Positions 50,993 to 61,081 of a stretch of 64,000 nucleotides of DNA are shown piece by piece. Position 1 is the first letter of the stretch. The number at the start of each line of letters is the position of its first letter. Made by a program: the position numbers and the translations under genes. The notes below the pieces were generated by a model. That model ran no database searches and was not told where the DNA came from. It was given only the letters and a program-made list of their open reading frames with translations. The stretch is from an uncultured delta proteobacterium (GTDB lineage: Bacteria > Desulfobacterota > WTBG01 > CAIYCZ01 > CAIRTM01): assembly GCA_903881505.1 (NCBI GenBank), contig CAIRTM010000047.1:16248-80247 (forward strand), given 5' to 3'.

Positions 50993-52543
50993 CTATCCTC
51001 TCAGTTTTCGCGATATGCGCGCCCTGAGCGCTATGGCGATGATATTGAGCGCAAGCACCAGCGCAACGAGGGTGAAAACCATGCCGAACTGCACATGGCG
51101 GATTTCATCGACGGCTTCATGCTCGGTGCACAGGTTGTAGATGTTCCAGGGAAGGGCGGGCGTGGGGCTGTCCAGGGCCTGCAGCGGGCTGATCGCCAGG
51201 CCCACGCTGACCGCTGCCGTAAAGATAATCGGGGCCGTCTCACCGGCCGCGCGTCCCATGCTGATGACGATGCCGGTCAGAATGCCCGGCAGCGCGGCCG
51301 GCAGGATAACGGTCAGCACCGTTCTCCAGCGCCCGGCGCCCAGGCCCAGCGCGGCTTCCTTATAGGTGAACGGAACCGCGAGAATTGCCTCTTCCGAGGC
51401 CCGGATCACGGTCGGCAGGATCATCAGGGCCAGGGTGAGGCTGCCCGCCAGAACGCTTTTCGAGTCCGACACGCCGACGGTGTTCAGGAAGAAGGCCAGG
51501 CCGAACAGGCCGAACACGATGCTGGGAACGCCTGCCAGCGTGCTCATGCAGCTGCGCAGCAAACTGACGGTCTTTGTCGGCCGGGCATACTCGCACAGGT
51601 AGATTGCGGCGATGACGCCCATGGGGATTGCAAACAGCATGGCGCCGATGGTCAGGTAAAAGGTGCCGAGCACTTCCGGCCAGATGCCGCCGAAGAAATG
51701 GGCGTCGCGCGAATCGGTCGTCAGAAAGCGCCAGTAGAACGTGAGGCGCGGCTGCATCATGGCTTCAATATTGTCGCGCACATAGCCAAATGCCGGCTCA
51801 AGGTCCGTGCCCCTGAATTCGTCCGCGCGCGGCGTGCGGGTTTTAACGCCGGTGTTTTCCGCATTGGTATAGTCCCAGTCATACCGGTACAGGAATTTGT
51901 CCAGATAGTGCAGGCTCCGGTCCCAGCGGGTCTGCCCGTAATGGCTGCGCAGCAGCTCCGGCCTGCGGTCGCCCGGCAGGGGACCCAGAAGGTCGCGCAG
52001 GGCATGCTTCATGTCAGAGAGTTTCCCGGCCGCCTGCTCAACGCGCTGCTTGCGCTCGGTGATCACGCCGATCACGCCAATGAAGCGCTCGTGGTCATAC
52101 TGGCCCTTTAAGCTCTCGCGTATGTCCGAAAGCACCGCCAGGCATTCTTCGAGGGAGGCATCAGCGTGCGCCCGCTTCAGCCTGCGCTCAAGCGAGCGCT
52201 GCAAAAATCCGCCTTCCGCGGCGGCAAGCGCGCGAACCTGGTCAAAGGCCTCCTGCAGTTCCGCCTTCAAATCTTTTTCGTGTGCGGCTATCATGTCGAA
52301 AACCGGCTGGCGCACCGCGGCGATTTCAGCGGCTTCGCGCTCGATCTCCTGGCGTGAGCCGGCCTGGAACTCTTCAAACTGCACCCGCCGGTGCTCGCAG
52401 GTGGCCCGGAATATATAGGCGCCGAGTCCCCGGCTGATGATCGGATAAAGAATCAGTATCAGGGCGCAGGCCATCATAACGATGGCGAAAAAGCCCGCAG
52501 CGGTGAACGAGCGGTCAAGCAGTTTGCGGGTATGCAGGTTCAT
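50993..52543 (-). CDS. pstA: phosphate ABC transporter permease PstA (long form with ~230-aa N-terminal extension)
   Basis: C-terminal ~280 aa is a typical PstA permease. The N-terminal region has one TM plus a long charged, probably coiled-coil segment. Confidence 0.7.
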   Translation of the reverse strand: MNLHTRKLLDRSFTAAGFFAIVMMACALILILYPIISRGLGAYIFRATCEHRRVQFEEFQAGSRQEIEREAAEIAAVRQPVFDMIAAHEKDLKAELQEAFDQVRALAAAEGGFLQRSLERRLKRAHADASLEECLAVLSDIRESLKGQYDHERFIGVIGVITERKQRVEQAAGKLSDMKHALRDLLGPLPGDRRPELLRSHYGQTRWDRSLHYLDKFLYRYDWDYTNAENTGVKTRTPRADEFRGTDLEPAFGYVRDNIEAMMQPRLTFYWRFLTTDSRDAHFFGGIWPEVLGTFYLTIGAMLFAIPMGVIAAIYLCEYARPTKTVSLLRSCMSTLAGVPSIVFGLFGLAFFLNTVGVSDSKSVLAGSLTLALMILPTVIRASEEAILAVPFTYKEAALGLGAGRWRTVLTVILPAALPGILTGIVISMGRAAGETAPIIFTAAVSVGLAISPLQALDSPTPALPWNIYNLCTEHEAVDEIRHVQFGMVFTLVALVLALNIIAIALRARISRKLRG

Positions 52544-52549
52544 GGGATT

Positions 52550-53725
52550 TTACTTCCCCAGTTTTTTGCGCGACCGGCGCACGATGGCCTCGCTGACAAG
52601 GTTCATGATAAACGAAAAGGCCAGCAGCGCGAGCGCCAGCGCAAACAGCACATGGTAGCGGCTGCTGCCGGTCACGTGGTCGGCCTCGCCCATGTCGCCG
52701 GCTATCGTTGCGGTCAGGGTGCGCACCGGTTCCATGAAGTTATAGAAAGGCGAGGGAATCTGCGCGGCATTGCCCGAGGCCATCCAGACCACCATGGTCT
52801 CGCCGATGGCCCGCATCACGCCCAGGATAACGGCGGCCAGAATCCCGCTGATGGCGGCCGGCATCACGGTTTTTATAATCGTTTCCGCCCGGGTCGCGCC
52901 CAGGGCGTAGCTGCCTTCGCGCAGCTCGCGCCCCACCGCCTGAAGGGCGTCTTCCGAGACGCTCACCACGGTCGGCAGGGCCATGATCCCCAGTATGATC
53001 GAGACGTTAAAGGCGTTGGCGCCGCTGCTGATGGACATGCCGGAGAGCTCCCGCCCGATCAGCCACAGCAGGGCCAGGCTCGCACCCCCAAGGCAGGCTG
53101 TCGCCGTCAGGGCCGCGGCCCTGCGCCTGGTTTCAGAAAACCGGGCGCCGACGGTTTCTCCCGCGAGCATGCATGCAATGCCCATCACGGGCAAAGCCAC
53201 CAGCCAGAATCCGAACGCAAGCACGCTGCCGCCTGAATTCTGCAGCAGCGGCGCGAACACGACCAGGGCGAAAAAACCGTAGGCGACCGACGGGATCGCG
53301 GCCAGGATTTCAATAACCGGCTTCACGATCTGGCGCAGGCTGAAAGGCAGCACATCGCTCAGGCACACTGCCGCAGATATGCCCAGAGGAACCGCCACCA
53401 GGACGGCTCCGAGCGTTACCATGGCGCTGCCGTAAAAAAGGCTCAGCGCGCCGAACTGGCCGGGCCGGGCCGACGGGTACCAGGCGGTCTCAGTAAAAAA
53501 CTGCCGGATATTCGACCAGTTAAAACTGCCGGCGTCGGGCATGAAAAAAGGGATGGCATCGCGGGTAATAAAGACAAAAATGAACAAAACCGCGATCGCT
53601 GAAAGCGAGGTAATGCTGAAAAGGAACGCCTGGCCGAGCATCTGCCCCAGGCGCTGCATGCGGTTGGCCCGGCGGCTCATCATCAATGATTGTTTCACGG
53701 AGGTGGATACGGTCACGGTGTTCAT
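52550..53725 (-). CDS. pstC: phosphate ABC transporter permease PstC
   Basis: Permease with EAA-like loop. Start placed at 53725 (MNTVTV...), downstream of the intercistronic hairpin. ORF track extends to 53887. Confidence 0.7.
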   Translation of the reverse strand: MNTVTVSTSVKQSLMMSRRANRMQRLGQMLGQAFLFSITSLSAIAVLFIFVFITRDAIPFFMPDAGSFNWSNIRQFFTETAWYPSARPGQFGALSLFYGSAMVTLGAVLVAVPLGISAAVCLSDVLPFSLRQIVKPVIEILAAIPSVAYGFFALVVFAPLLQNSGGSVLAFGFWLVALPVMGIACMLAGETVGARFSETRRRAAALTATACLGGASLALLWLIGRELSGMSISSGANAFNVSIILGIMALPTVVSVSEDALQAVGRELREGSYALGATRAETIIKTVMPAAISGILAAVILGVMRAIGETMVVWMASGNAAQIPSPFYNFMEPVRTLTATIAGDMGEADHVTGSSRYHVLFALALALLAFSFIMNLVSEAIVRRSRKKLGK

Positions 53726-53885
53726 GCGTATGCGTGTGCGCTTGTGTGTTCCGTCTGCGGTTGTGTGCCTCGGCCAGTTGTTCTGCCTGCGGATATTTCT
53801 CAGCAGCCTGCACGGGACTGGCTGTATATACTGTGTGCTGCCTGTATTCGGCGGCGGTGTATGTAAAACAGGTACGCTGCGCGGC

Positions 53886-53923
53886 ATGACGCGGCGTACC
53901 TGTTCTCGCTTGGAAGATGCCTG
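53886..53923 (-). promoter_or_regulatory. intercistronic stem-loop between pstS and pstC
   Basis: aacaggtacgc...gcgtacctgtt 11-bp inverted repeat with a 16-nt loop. Confidence 0.3.
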
Positions 53924-53962
53924 CGGGACCGCCGTCGTCCTGCAGGCATGAAGGAGTTTCTA

Positions 53963-54802
53963 TTAATAATCGGTTGTCGCGATAAAACCGGTTTCCTTGA
54001 TCAGGCTGTTGCCTTCTTCGGTCAGGCACAACGTGACAAGGCGCTGCAGATGGCTGCCGAGTTTGGGGTAGCCGTCCGTGAACATGAACAGGGGGCGCGC
54101 GATCGGGTAGGAGCCGTCGCGCACGTTCGCTGCCGTGGGCGCTATGCCGTTGATGGTGAGGGCCTTGACCGTGTCATCCACAAAGGCGAGGCCGGCATAG
54201 CCGATGGCCGCCGGGGTGCTCTGCACGCGCTGGCGGATGGCGCCGTTGCTGCCCACGTATTCGGCGCGGTCGCTGATTTTCTCTTTGTTCATGACCAGCT
54301 CGTTGAAGCATTCATAGGTGCCGCTGTTGGTGTCGCGGCTGACGCAGACAATGCCCAGGTCGGGGCCGCCGACCTGCTTCCAGTTGGTGATCTGGCCCGT
54401 GAATATCTGGCGCACCTGGGCGACCGTCAGGTTCCTGACCGGGTTGGAGGGGTGCACCAGGATGGGCAGGCCGTCCAGGGCCACGACATGGGCAACCGGC
54501 ATAACGCCCGCGTCGGCTGCGGCCTTGAACTCGGTGTCCTTCATGAAACGGGACATATTGGCCACCTGGCAGGTCTTGTTGATGATGCTTTTGGCGCCGT
54601 TGCCGCTGCCGGACTCGGCGACCGTGATGTTCACGCCGGGGTTCTGGCGCATGTAGAATTCGGCGAATGCCTTGGCAAGCGGGCCGACCGTGGTTGAACC
54701 GTCCATGACAATGGTTTCTCCGGCATACACCGTTCCGACCATTACCGTCGCGGCTATGGCCGCAGCCGTGCAATTGGCGATTTTTTTAAACATTCTTTTC
54801 AT
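53963..54802 (-). CDS. pstS: phosphate ABC transporter substrate-binding protein PstS
   Basis: Signal peptide, PBP-like fold, strong AAGGAAGGGAG RBS. First gene of the pstSCAB-phoU cluster. Confidence 0.8.
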   Translation of the reverse strand: MKRMFKKIANCTAAAIAATVMVGTVYAGETIVMDGSTTVGPLAKAFAEFYMRQNPGVNITVAESGSGNGAKSIINKTCQVANMSRFMKDTEFKAAADAGVMPVAHVVALDGLPILVHPSNPVRNLTVAQVRQIFTGQITNWKQVGGPDLGIVCVSRDTNSGTYECFNELVMNKEKISDRAEYVGSNGAIRQRVQSTPAAIGYAGLAFVDDTVKALTINGIAPTAANVRDGSYPIARPLFMFTDGYPKLGSHLQRLVTLCLTEEGNSLIKETGFIATTDY

Positions 54803-54935
54803 GGCTCCCTTCCTTTCTCTCTTTTTGTTAATATTCGGTTATTTCTGCGCATATTTCCCGCGTAAGCATGCACAGTTGCGCCTGCGTCACGCCCGGCGTG
54901 CTGGTGTTTTCCTGCCGGAAGGATACTTTTTCAAT

Positions 54936-54976
54936 GTTAATTTCGAAAAACAGTCGTGTTAATTTATGGTTAATTT
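54936..54976 (-). promoter_or_regulatory. Pho-box-like direct repeats (3x GTTAATTT at 22- and 11-bp spacing) upstream of pstS
   Basis: gttaattt at 54936, 54958 and 54969, 130-170 nt upstream of the pstS start. Helical-phase spacing is typical of PhoB-binding direct repeats. Confidence 0.3.
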
Positions 54977-55303
54977 TTTTTGCTTCATGCAAACCCGAGA
55001 AATTCTTCAGAATCTTAAGCCCTCGACCTGTAGGCGAAGGCATTCATTGCGTACTGCCTGCTTTATCGAAAACGACCGACGGCCGGCCAGCGGATGTCCG
55101 CAATCCGGCGGCTTTCCGTTGCGAATGTCAGCCGCGCTCACGCAGGCAGCTATCTGCAGGCCCGCAAAGAGCATACCGGCAGGAGGCCGCTAACATTGGG
55201 CTTGCGGTCGCATCGGAGGCGTGTTAAAGATACAACCGGCACGCACGCGGGCATCGATTGCTCAGAAGCATATCCCGGCCTGCGTTTTAAGGGAGCCGAC
55301 AGC

Positions 55304-56158
55304 ATGCAGAACATCGGCCTTATCGTTAAGCAGAACCGCCCGCAGGCGCTGGAGCAGGTTGCGGCCGTCGTACCGCTCCTGCAGCGCGAAGGCAAGACCG
55401 TTCTGATTGAAGATACCGTCGCGCCGTTCGGAGCCGGCGTGCGCATGTGCGCGCGCGCCGAGGTGATCGCCGCCTCTGATGTGCTGCTGGTGTTCGGCGG
55501 CGACGGGACCCTGCTGAGCGTTGCCCGCGAAGACGGCGCTGAATCCGTGCCGATCCTGGCGATCAATCTGGGGGGGCTGGGTTTTCTGACGGAAACCCGG
55601 GCGCAGGAACTGCAGGCCATGCTGAGCCGCGTCATCGCCGGCGACTATACGATTGAACGCCGCATGATGCTCGACGTGCGTCTTGTGCGCGCCGGCGGTC
55701 AAAAAAAGAATTTCAGGGTTCTCAATGACGCCGTTATCAACAAGAGCGCGCTGGCCCGCATCATCGACATAGAAACCCTGGTGAACGGCAGCTACCTGAC
55801 GACGTATAAAAGCGACGGACTGATCGTGTGCACGCCGACGGGCTCAACCGGCTATTTTCTCTCGGCCGGCGGCCCGGTCATCTATCCCGATCTCGGGCTG
55901 ATTTCGCTTGCGCCGATCTGCCCGCACACCCTTTCGCAGCGCCCGATCATCCTCAACGACGCCAGCGTGATCACGCTGGTTTTAAAAACCCCGGAAGAGG
56001 ATGTGCACCTGACCATGGACGGCCAGGTGGGCGAGCGGCTGCATGCCGGCGACGCGGTCGAAGTGCGCAAAAGCGCCGCCGCGCTGCAGCTGATCACCTC
56101 CCCGTTCAGGAATTATTTTGAAGTGCTGCGGGAAAAATTCCGCTGGGGTGAGCGTTGA
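55304..56158 (+). CDS. nadK: NAD kinase
   Basis: GGDGT motif (VFGGDGTLLS), NGSYLTTYKSDGLIV and the PTGSTGY region. AAGGGAG RBS. ORF track start 55094 is over-extended. Confidence 0.8.
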   Translation: MQNIGLIVKQNRPQALEQVAAVVPLLQREGKTVLIEDTVAPFGAGVRMCARAEVIAASDVLLVFGGDGTLLSVAREDGAESVPILAINLGGLGFLTETRAQELQAMLSRVIAGDYTIERRMMLDVRLVRAGGQKKNFRVLNDAVINKSALARIIDIETLVNGSYLTTYKSDGLIVCTPTGSTGYFLSAGGPVIYPDLGLISLAPICPHTLSQRPIILNDASVITLVLKTPEEDVHLTMDGQVGERLHAGDAVEVRKSAAALQLITSPFRNYFEVLREKFRWGER

Positions 56159-56215
56159 TCCAAGCCGTGTTTCAGTGTACCCGTTGCTTGTGAACGGGTG
56201 AGGGAATCCGCCAGC

Positions 56216-57931
56216 ATGCTGCAGGAACTGCGCATTCGCAACTTTGCCATTATCCAGACGCTTGACGTCAGCTTTGAGGGGGGGCTCACAATCCTTTCCG
56301 GCGAGACCGGCGCGGGGAAATCAATCCTGGTCGGCGCGCTGGGCCTTCTGCTGGGGGGGCGCGCAAGCGCCGACATGATCCGCACCGGCGCGGACGAGGC
56401 GACGGTCGAGGCGGTGTTTGATAGTGCCGGGAACATCGAGCTTGCCGCGGATGCTTCCGGATGCGGACTGTCCGTTTCCGGTGACAGCCTGATCCTGCGC
56501 CGCATCATCTCGCGCTCGGGCCGCAATAAAATCTATATCGGCGACAGCGCGGCCTCGCTGCAGCAGCTTGCGCTCATCGGCGGCCGCCTGCTGGACATTT
56601 CCGGGCAGTATTCGCAGCAGGTCCTGCTGCAGGCTGAAAACCACGGCGCCATCCTGGACGCCTTTGCCGCCAGCAGCGGCCTGCTGCGCGGCTATGAACA
56701 GGACTATGACGCCTTTCTGCAGGCCCGGCAGGAACTGCTTGACCTGCGGGCCGGGGAGGCGCGCTCGCGCGAGCAGCAGGAGCTGCTGCAGTTCCAGCAT
56801 GCTGAAATAGAGCAGGCGCGTGTGCAGAGCGGAGAAGACCAGGCCCTGGAGCAGGAGCGCACCGTGCTGCAGAATGCCCGCGGGCTGTATGAGCGCACCT
56901 GGGGGGCCTATCAGCAGCTCTATGAAGACGAGCAGTCCTGCCTCGGGGCTGTGCAGCGCGTGGCGCGCGATGTCGCCCAGGCCGCTGCGATCGATCCGCA
57001 GCTGAAAAATTCCTGCGGCCAGCTCCAGCAGGCCGCCGCCGTGATGGAAGACGCCGCTTTTGAACTGCGAGATTATGCCGAGCGCATCGTGGTTGACCCG
57101 CAGCGGCTGGAGGAGGTCGAAAACCGCCTGGAACTGCTGAAGCGGCTCAAGCGCAAATACGGCGGCTCGCTGGAAAGCGTGCTGCAGCGCTTTGCCGAGT
57201 GCTCCCGGGCGCTTGCGAACATCACCGGGGGCAGCGCGCGCATTGAGGAACTGCAGGCCTGCCTCGTCCGGCAGTGTGATGCATTATGGAAACAGGCCGC
57301 TGAAATTTCACAACGCAGACACGCCGCGGCCGAGACCCTGCAGAAAAAAATTGCCCTGGAACTCAAATCGATCGGCATGCAGAAGGCTGTTTTTATCTGC
57401 GGGATAACCACTGCCGGCCCGCCGGCGGACGGCTCTCCGGAAGACCGGGCCGCGGGCCTGGGCCGCAGCGGATGCGATCAAATCGAGTTCTCGATCGTCA
57501 CCAATCAGGGCGAGGCCCCTAAGCCGCTTTCCAAAATAGCCTCCGGCGGTGAATTGTCGCGCATCGTGCTGGCTCTGAAAAAAATTCTGGCGCGCAACTA
57601 CCGCGTGCCCACCCTGCTTTTTGACGAAGTCGACGCCGGCATCGGCGGGGCAATCGCCCACGCGGTCGGCCTGAAGCTGAAGGAGATCGCGCGCGATCAT
57701 CAGGTGCTGTGCATCACCCACCTGCCTCAGATCGCCTGCTTCGCCGATCATCATTTCAGCGTCAGCAAGACATCGCGCGAGGGGCGCACGGTTACGCAGG
57801 TGGCGCTTCTCGATGAGCGGGAGCGCCTGCAGGAGATCGCGCGCATGCTGGGAGGCAAAACCATTACGGAGGCAACCACGGCACATGCCCGTGATATGCT
57901 CGCCCAGGCCGGACGGCAGCCGGGCGTATAA
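56216..57931 (+). CDS. recN: DNA repair protein RecN
   Basis: MLQELRIRNFAIIQ N-terminus, Walker A GETGAGKS, long coiled coil, and C-terminal SGGELSRIVLAL signature. Confidence 0.85.
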   Translation: MLQELRIRNFAIIQTLDVSFEGGLTILSGETGAGKSILVGALGLLLGGRASADMIRTGADEATVEAVFDSAGNIELAADASGCGLSVSGDSLILRRIISRSGRNKIYIGDSAASLQQLALIGGRLLDISGQYSQQVLLQAENHGAILDAFAASSGLLRGYEQDYDAFLQARQELLDLRAGEARSREQQELLQFQHAEIEQARVQSGEDQALEQERTVLQNARGLYERTWGAYQQLYEDEQSCLGAVQRVARDVAQAAAIDPQLKNSCGQLQQAAAVMEDAAFELRDYAERIVVDPQRLEEVENRLELLKRLKRKYGGSLESVLQRFAECSRALANITGGSARIEELQACLVRQCDALWKQAAEISQRRHAAAETLQKKIALELKSIGMQKAVFICGITTAGPPADGSPEDRAAGLGRSGCDQIEFSIVTNQGEAPKPLSKIASGGELSRIVLALKKILARNYRVPTLLFDEVDAGIGGAIAHAVGLKLKEIARDHQVLCITHLPQIACFADHHFSVSKTSREGRTVTQVALLDERERLQEIARMLGGKTITEATTAHARDMLAQAGRQPGV

Positions 57932-57959
57932 CAATACACACGGACGGAAACGGATGCAC

Positions 57960-58430
57960 ATGGCACAGACATACACTATCCGCAAAGCGACAATCATGGA
58001 TGTCAGGCATATCTATACCCTGCTGCGCGATTATGCCGACCGGGGCGTGCTGCTTGGCCGCTCGCTGAGCGACCTGTATGACCAGATCCGCGACTTTTCA
58101 GTCGCGGTCGATGGGGCAAGCGGCAGGATGCTGGGAATCTGCGGCCTGCACATCTGCTGGGAGGAGTTTGCCGAGATCCGCTCCCTTGCCGTGACAGCCG
58201 AAGCCAAAGGCAGGGGCATCGGCCGCGCGCTGGTCGAAGCCTGCCAGGTCGAGGCCGTCGCGCTCGGCATCACGCGGCTGTTTGTGCTGACCTATGTGCC
58301 GGAATTTTTTAAAAAGCTCGGCTTTGATCCGGTCGACAAGGCCATTTTGCCCCATAAGGTATGGCGCGACTGCATTACCTGCGTCAAGTTCCCCGACTGC
58401 GATGAGGAATCGCTGATCAAGGCATTATAG
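57960..58430 (+). CDS. GNAT family N-acetyltransferase, short N-acetylglutamate synthase (ArgA)-like
   Basis: The pattern IRKATIMDVRHIYTLLRDYADRGVLLGRS...LFVLT...GFDPVD...LP parallels the GNAT domain of ArgA. Confidence 0.55.
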   Translation: MAQTYTIRKATIMDVRHIYTLLRDYADRGVLLGRSLSDLYDQIRDFSVAVDGASGRMLGICGLHICWEEFAEIRSLAVTAEAKGRGIGRALVEACQVEAVALGITRLFVLTYVPEFFKKLGFDPVDKAILPHKVWRDCITCVKFPDCDEESLIKAL

Positions 58431-58483
58431 GCGCGCCGCGGCCTTCCTGCGGACCACATCATGTGCAGTGCCAGTATAGTCCA

Positions 58484-58573
58484 TGTATGGGGATTATCAT
58501 CTCACATCCATCGGCTGCGCGTAGCGCAGAGTCTGCCAAATGACAGTATGGCTGCGATAATTTGAAAAATGCC
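58484..58573. repeat. composite intergenic repeat, copy B (arms only, short core)
   Basis: Left arm tgtatggggattatcatctcacatccatcggctgcgc and right arm aaatgacagtatggctgcgataatttgaaaaatgc. Lies 15 nt upstream of the ATG at 58588. Confidence 0.45.
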
Positions 58574-58587
58574 ACGGGATCGCCCGC

Positions 58588-59091
58588 ATGATCGTTGCGC
58601 CGGTTGATCAACTTCAAAACCACGCCCATCTGCACCCCGGGCTTGTACGGGCAGCCCGTTTCCTCGCGCGCGCGGACCTTTGCGGACTTGCCGAGGGACG
58701 CCATGGAATCGACGGCGACGCCGTATTCGCACTTATAAGCGCATGCAGCGGCAAAGGCCGGCACGGTGCACGTCTCGAGGCGCATCGGCGCTATATCGAC
58801 GTGCAGTACTGCCTTTCAGGCGCTGACCTGATCGGCTACCGTCCGCTTGCGCAGTGCGCGCTCGTTGCCGAAGCCTATGACACGGCAAAGGATGTCGCCT
58901 TTTTTGAGGATCCCGCGCTTGAGTGGATCACAATCGCCGGCGGCACCTGCGCGGTTTTTTTTCCCAACGATGCCCACGCCCCGCTCGGCGGCGAAGGTGA
59001 CTGCAGGAAGGTCGTGGTGAAGATCAGGATAGAGGATGTTCCGGAGGGAGGCAGCCGGGGGAAGGCACAGTGCCTGGGTTCAGCGGGATGA
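58588..59091 (+). CDS. YhcH/YjgK/YiaL (DUF386) family protein
   Basis: 167 aa with conserved His/Asp-rich cupin-like pattern (LQNHAHLHPG...FFPNDAHAP). Confidence 0.55.
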   Translation: MIVAPVDQLQNHAHLHPGLVRAARFLARADLCGLAEGRHGIDGDAVFALISACSGKGRHGARLEAHRRYIDVQYCLSGADLIGYRPLAQCALVAEAYDTAKDVAFFEDPALEWITIAGGTCAVFFPNDAHAPLGGEGDCRKVVVKIRIEDVPEGGSRGKAQCLGSAG

Positions 59092-60687
59092 CGGCGCGAA
59101 ATTGAACACCACCTGGTCCTTGCCGTTGTGCTTGGCCTGGTAAAGGGCCTCGTCGGCAGTCTGGATCAGCCGGGAAAAGTCTTCGTCAGCAGGCACCTGG
59201 CCGGCGCAGCCGATGCTCACGGTCACGCGGCCGTTGTGCGGGGAGCCGGCGTGCTCGATATTGAGGTTGCGCACCGCTTCGAGCAGCTTGTTGGCCGTGA
59301 CATTGGCCCCGTTGTCGTTGGTCTCGGTAAGGATGACGGAGAACTCGTCGCCCCCGTAGCGGGCCACGGTGTCGGTGTTGACCCTCACATGGCCGAACAG
59401 CACCCCGGCAACCCTGCGCAGCACATCATCGCCCTGCAGATGGCCGTAGGTGTCGTTATAGGCCTTGAAACTATCGATATCCACCAGCATCACGTAGATA
59501 TGTTTGCGCAGCTGCCGGTAGGCGCGCCAGTGCAGCTCCAGCTTGGTGTCGAAATGGCGGCGGTTGGCGATCGATGTGAGGCCGTCCTCATGGGCGCGCG
59601 CCATCAGCGTCTGGTTCAGCTCGCGCAGGTAGTTTTCCTGCAGCTCCACGTACTCCACCAGGCTGTTGCTTTCCTTCTGCAGATGCCCGATCTCATCGCC
59701 GCGTGAGCTGTCCACCCGCAGCCCGTAATTGGCCGTTTCCCGGATGGTGCGCAGGTGGCGGCTGAGTTCCTCGATCGGATTGACGACCACGGCCCGCAGC
59801 ACAATGCGCAGCAGCACTGTGGTCAGCACGAGCAGCACGCATACCCACACGGTAACGCCGTCGATCAGCCGGCTGCTGTACAGGGGCGCCTTGAGCTGCA
59901 CTTGCATTAAATACGCCGGTTCACCTTCTGCATCGCGCAGCCAGCGGTAGCCCGCATCCTGCCTGCGCACACCTCTATCATCGTCCCCGGCCGGACGCCC
60001 GGCCGCCAGGCCCGTCAGCCGGGCGTCCGCCGCAACTTCAGCTTTTGTATACAGATGAAAAACAATCTTGGTAAAATGCTGCATATCATCAATCAGGCCC
60101 TGGTTCAGACGGCGTATCATGACCAGGGTGCCTCCGAAATCCTGATCAGGCACTGAACGCGTGATCGAAACGGCGGCATAGACAAGCGGTTCAAGTTTGC
60201 CGTCGATTATGCCAGAGGACACTATCGGCTGCTGCGCGCGGCGGTACTGCTCTGCGGACTGTACAAACGGACCGCCGGCCAGCGCGCCGTCGGGAAGAAA
60301 GCGGCCGGCCTCAACCAGTATTCCTTCATCCTCGTCGTAGCCGCTCGACCAGACCAGCTTGCCGGCTGCATTGTAGATCAGGATGGCAGACAGAGCGTTG
60401 TTTTCAAAGGTGCCGATGGGATAATTGCTAGTAATGTAGTCGTTGTTCGGTGCCAGGGTATAATTAAAGGAATCGTCCCAGCAGCCATAATCATCGGCCC
60501 ACCGTCCCACGTCGCGCACCTGCTGCTCAATCGCTTTCGCTGCCAGCTCGACCTCGCTCCAGTCGGCCTGCTGCTGCAGCTGGCGCATCTCCGGCAGGGT
60601 GAACAGCGCACGCTGGCCGATGAGTATCGCAAGTATGCAGACGCTGCACAGCGCCAGGGTCAGTGAAATTTTATCCTGAAGCTTCAT
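59080..60687 (-). CDS. sensor-domain diguanylate cyclase (TM-periplasmic sensor-TM-GGDEF)
   Basis: N-terminal TM, ~270-aa periplasmic region, second TM, and C-terminal GGDEF with RYGGDEF. Confidence 0.7.
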   Translation of the reverse strand: MKLQDKISLTLALCSVCILAILIGQRALFTLPEMRQLQQQADWSEVELAAKAIEQQVRDVGRWADDYGCWDDSFNYTLAPNNDYITSNYPIGTFENNALSAILIYNAAGKLVWSSGYDEDEGILVEAGRFLPDGALAGGPFVQSAEQYRRAQQPIVSSGIIDGKLEPLVYAAVSITRSVPDQDFGGTLVMIRRLNQGLIDDMQHFTKIVFHLYTKAEVAADARLTGLAAGRPAGDDDRGVRRQDAGYRWLRDAEGEPAYLMQVQLKAPLYSSRLIDGVTVWVCVLLVLTTVLLRIVLRAVVVNPIEELSRHLRTIRETANYGLRVDSSRGDEIGHLQKESNSLVEYVELQENYLRELNQTLMARAHEDGLTSIANRRHFDTKLELHWRAYRQLRKHIYVMLVDIDSFKAYNDTYGHLQGDDVLRRVAGVLFGHVRVNTDTVARYGGDEFSVILTETNDNGANVTANKLLEAVRNLNIEHAGSPHNGRVTVSIGCAGQVPADEDFSRLIQTADEALYQAKHNGKDQVVFNFAPSSR

Positions 60688-61081
60688 GGGAAAGCAGGTT
60701 GCTTTTTATGGTCTGCCGACTCGTGCTGCGCAGCTGCCGCAAGCCTCGAACCGTGTTGCAGGTCTGTTGAATATATTTTCGATAATAGATTTATATTTTT
60801 GAGACATTTTAACTAATATAGGTCTTTATGTCAAGAATAACATCTACCAGCAGAAAAAATTAAAGTATAAAAAACCGTATATTCAATGAATCTTAATTGG
60901 CCTGATGTCCTTGCGAAACGGCGTGCATGTTGACAGCCCGATATGGACTGTCTATACTCTGACTAACGGGTACAGCTATAGTTTAACAAAATTATTGCGC
61001 ACAGCTCTTTCGGCTGCTCCAGCAGAAAAGCGGCCTGTTCGCGCGCTGCGATACAAAACGGGCCGGCCCGGGGAGGACGCA

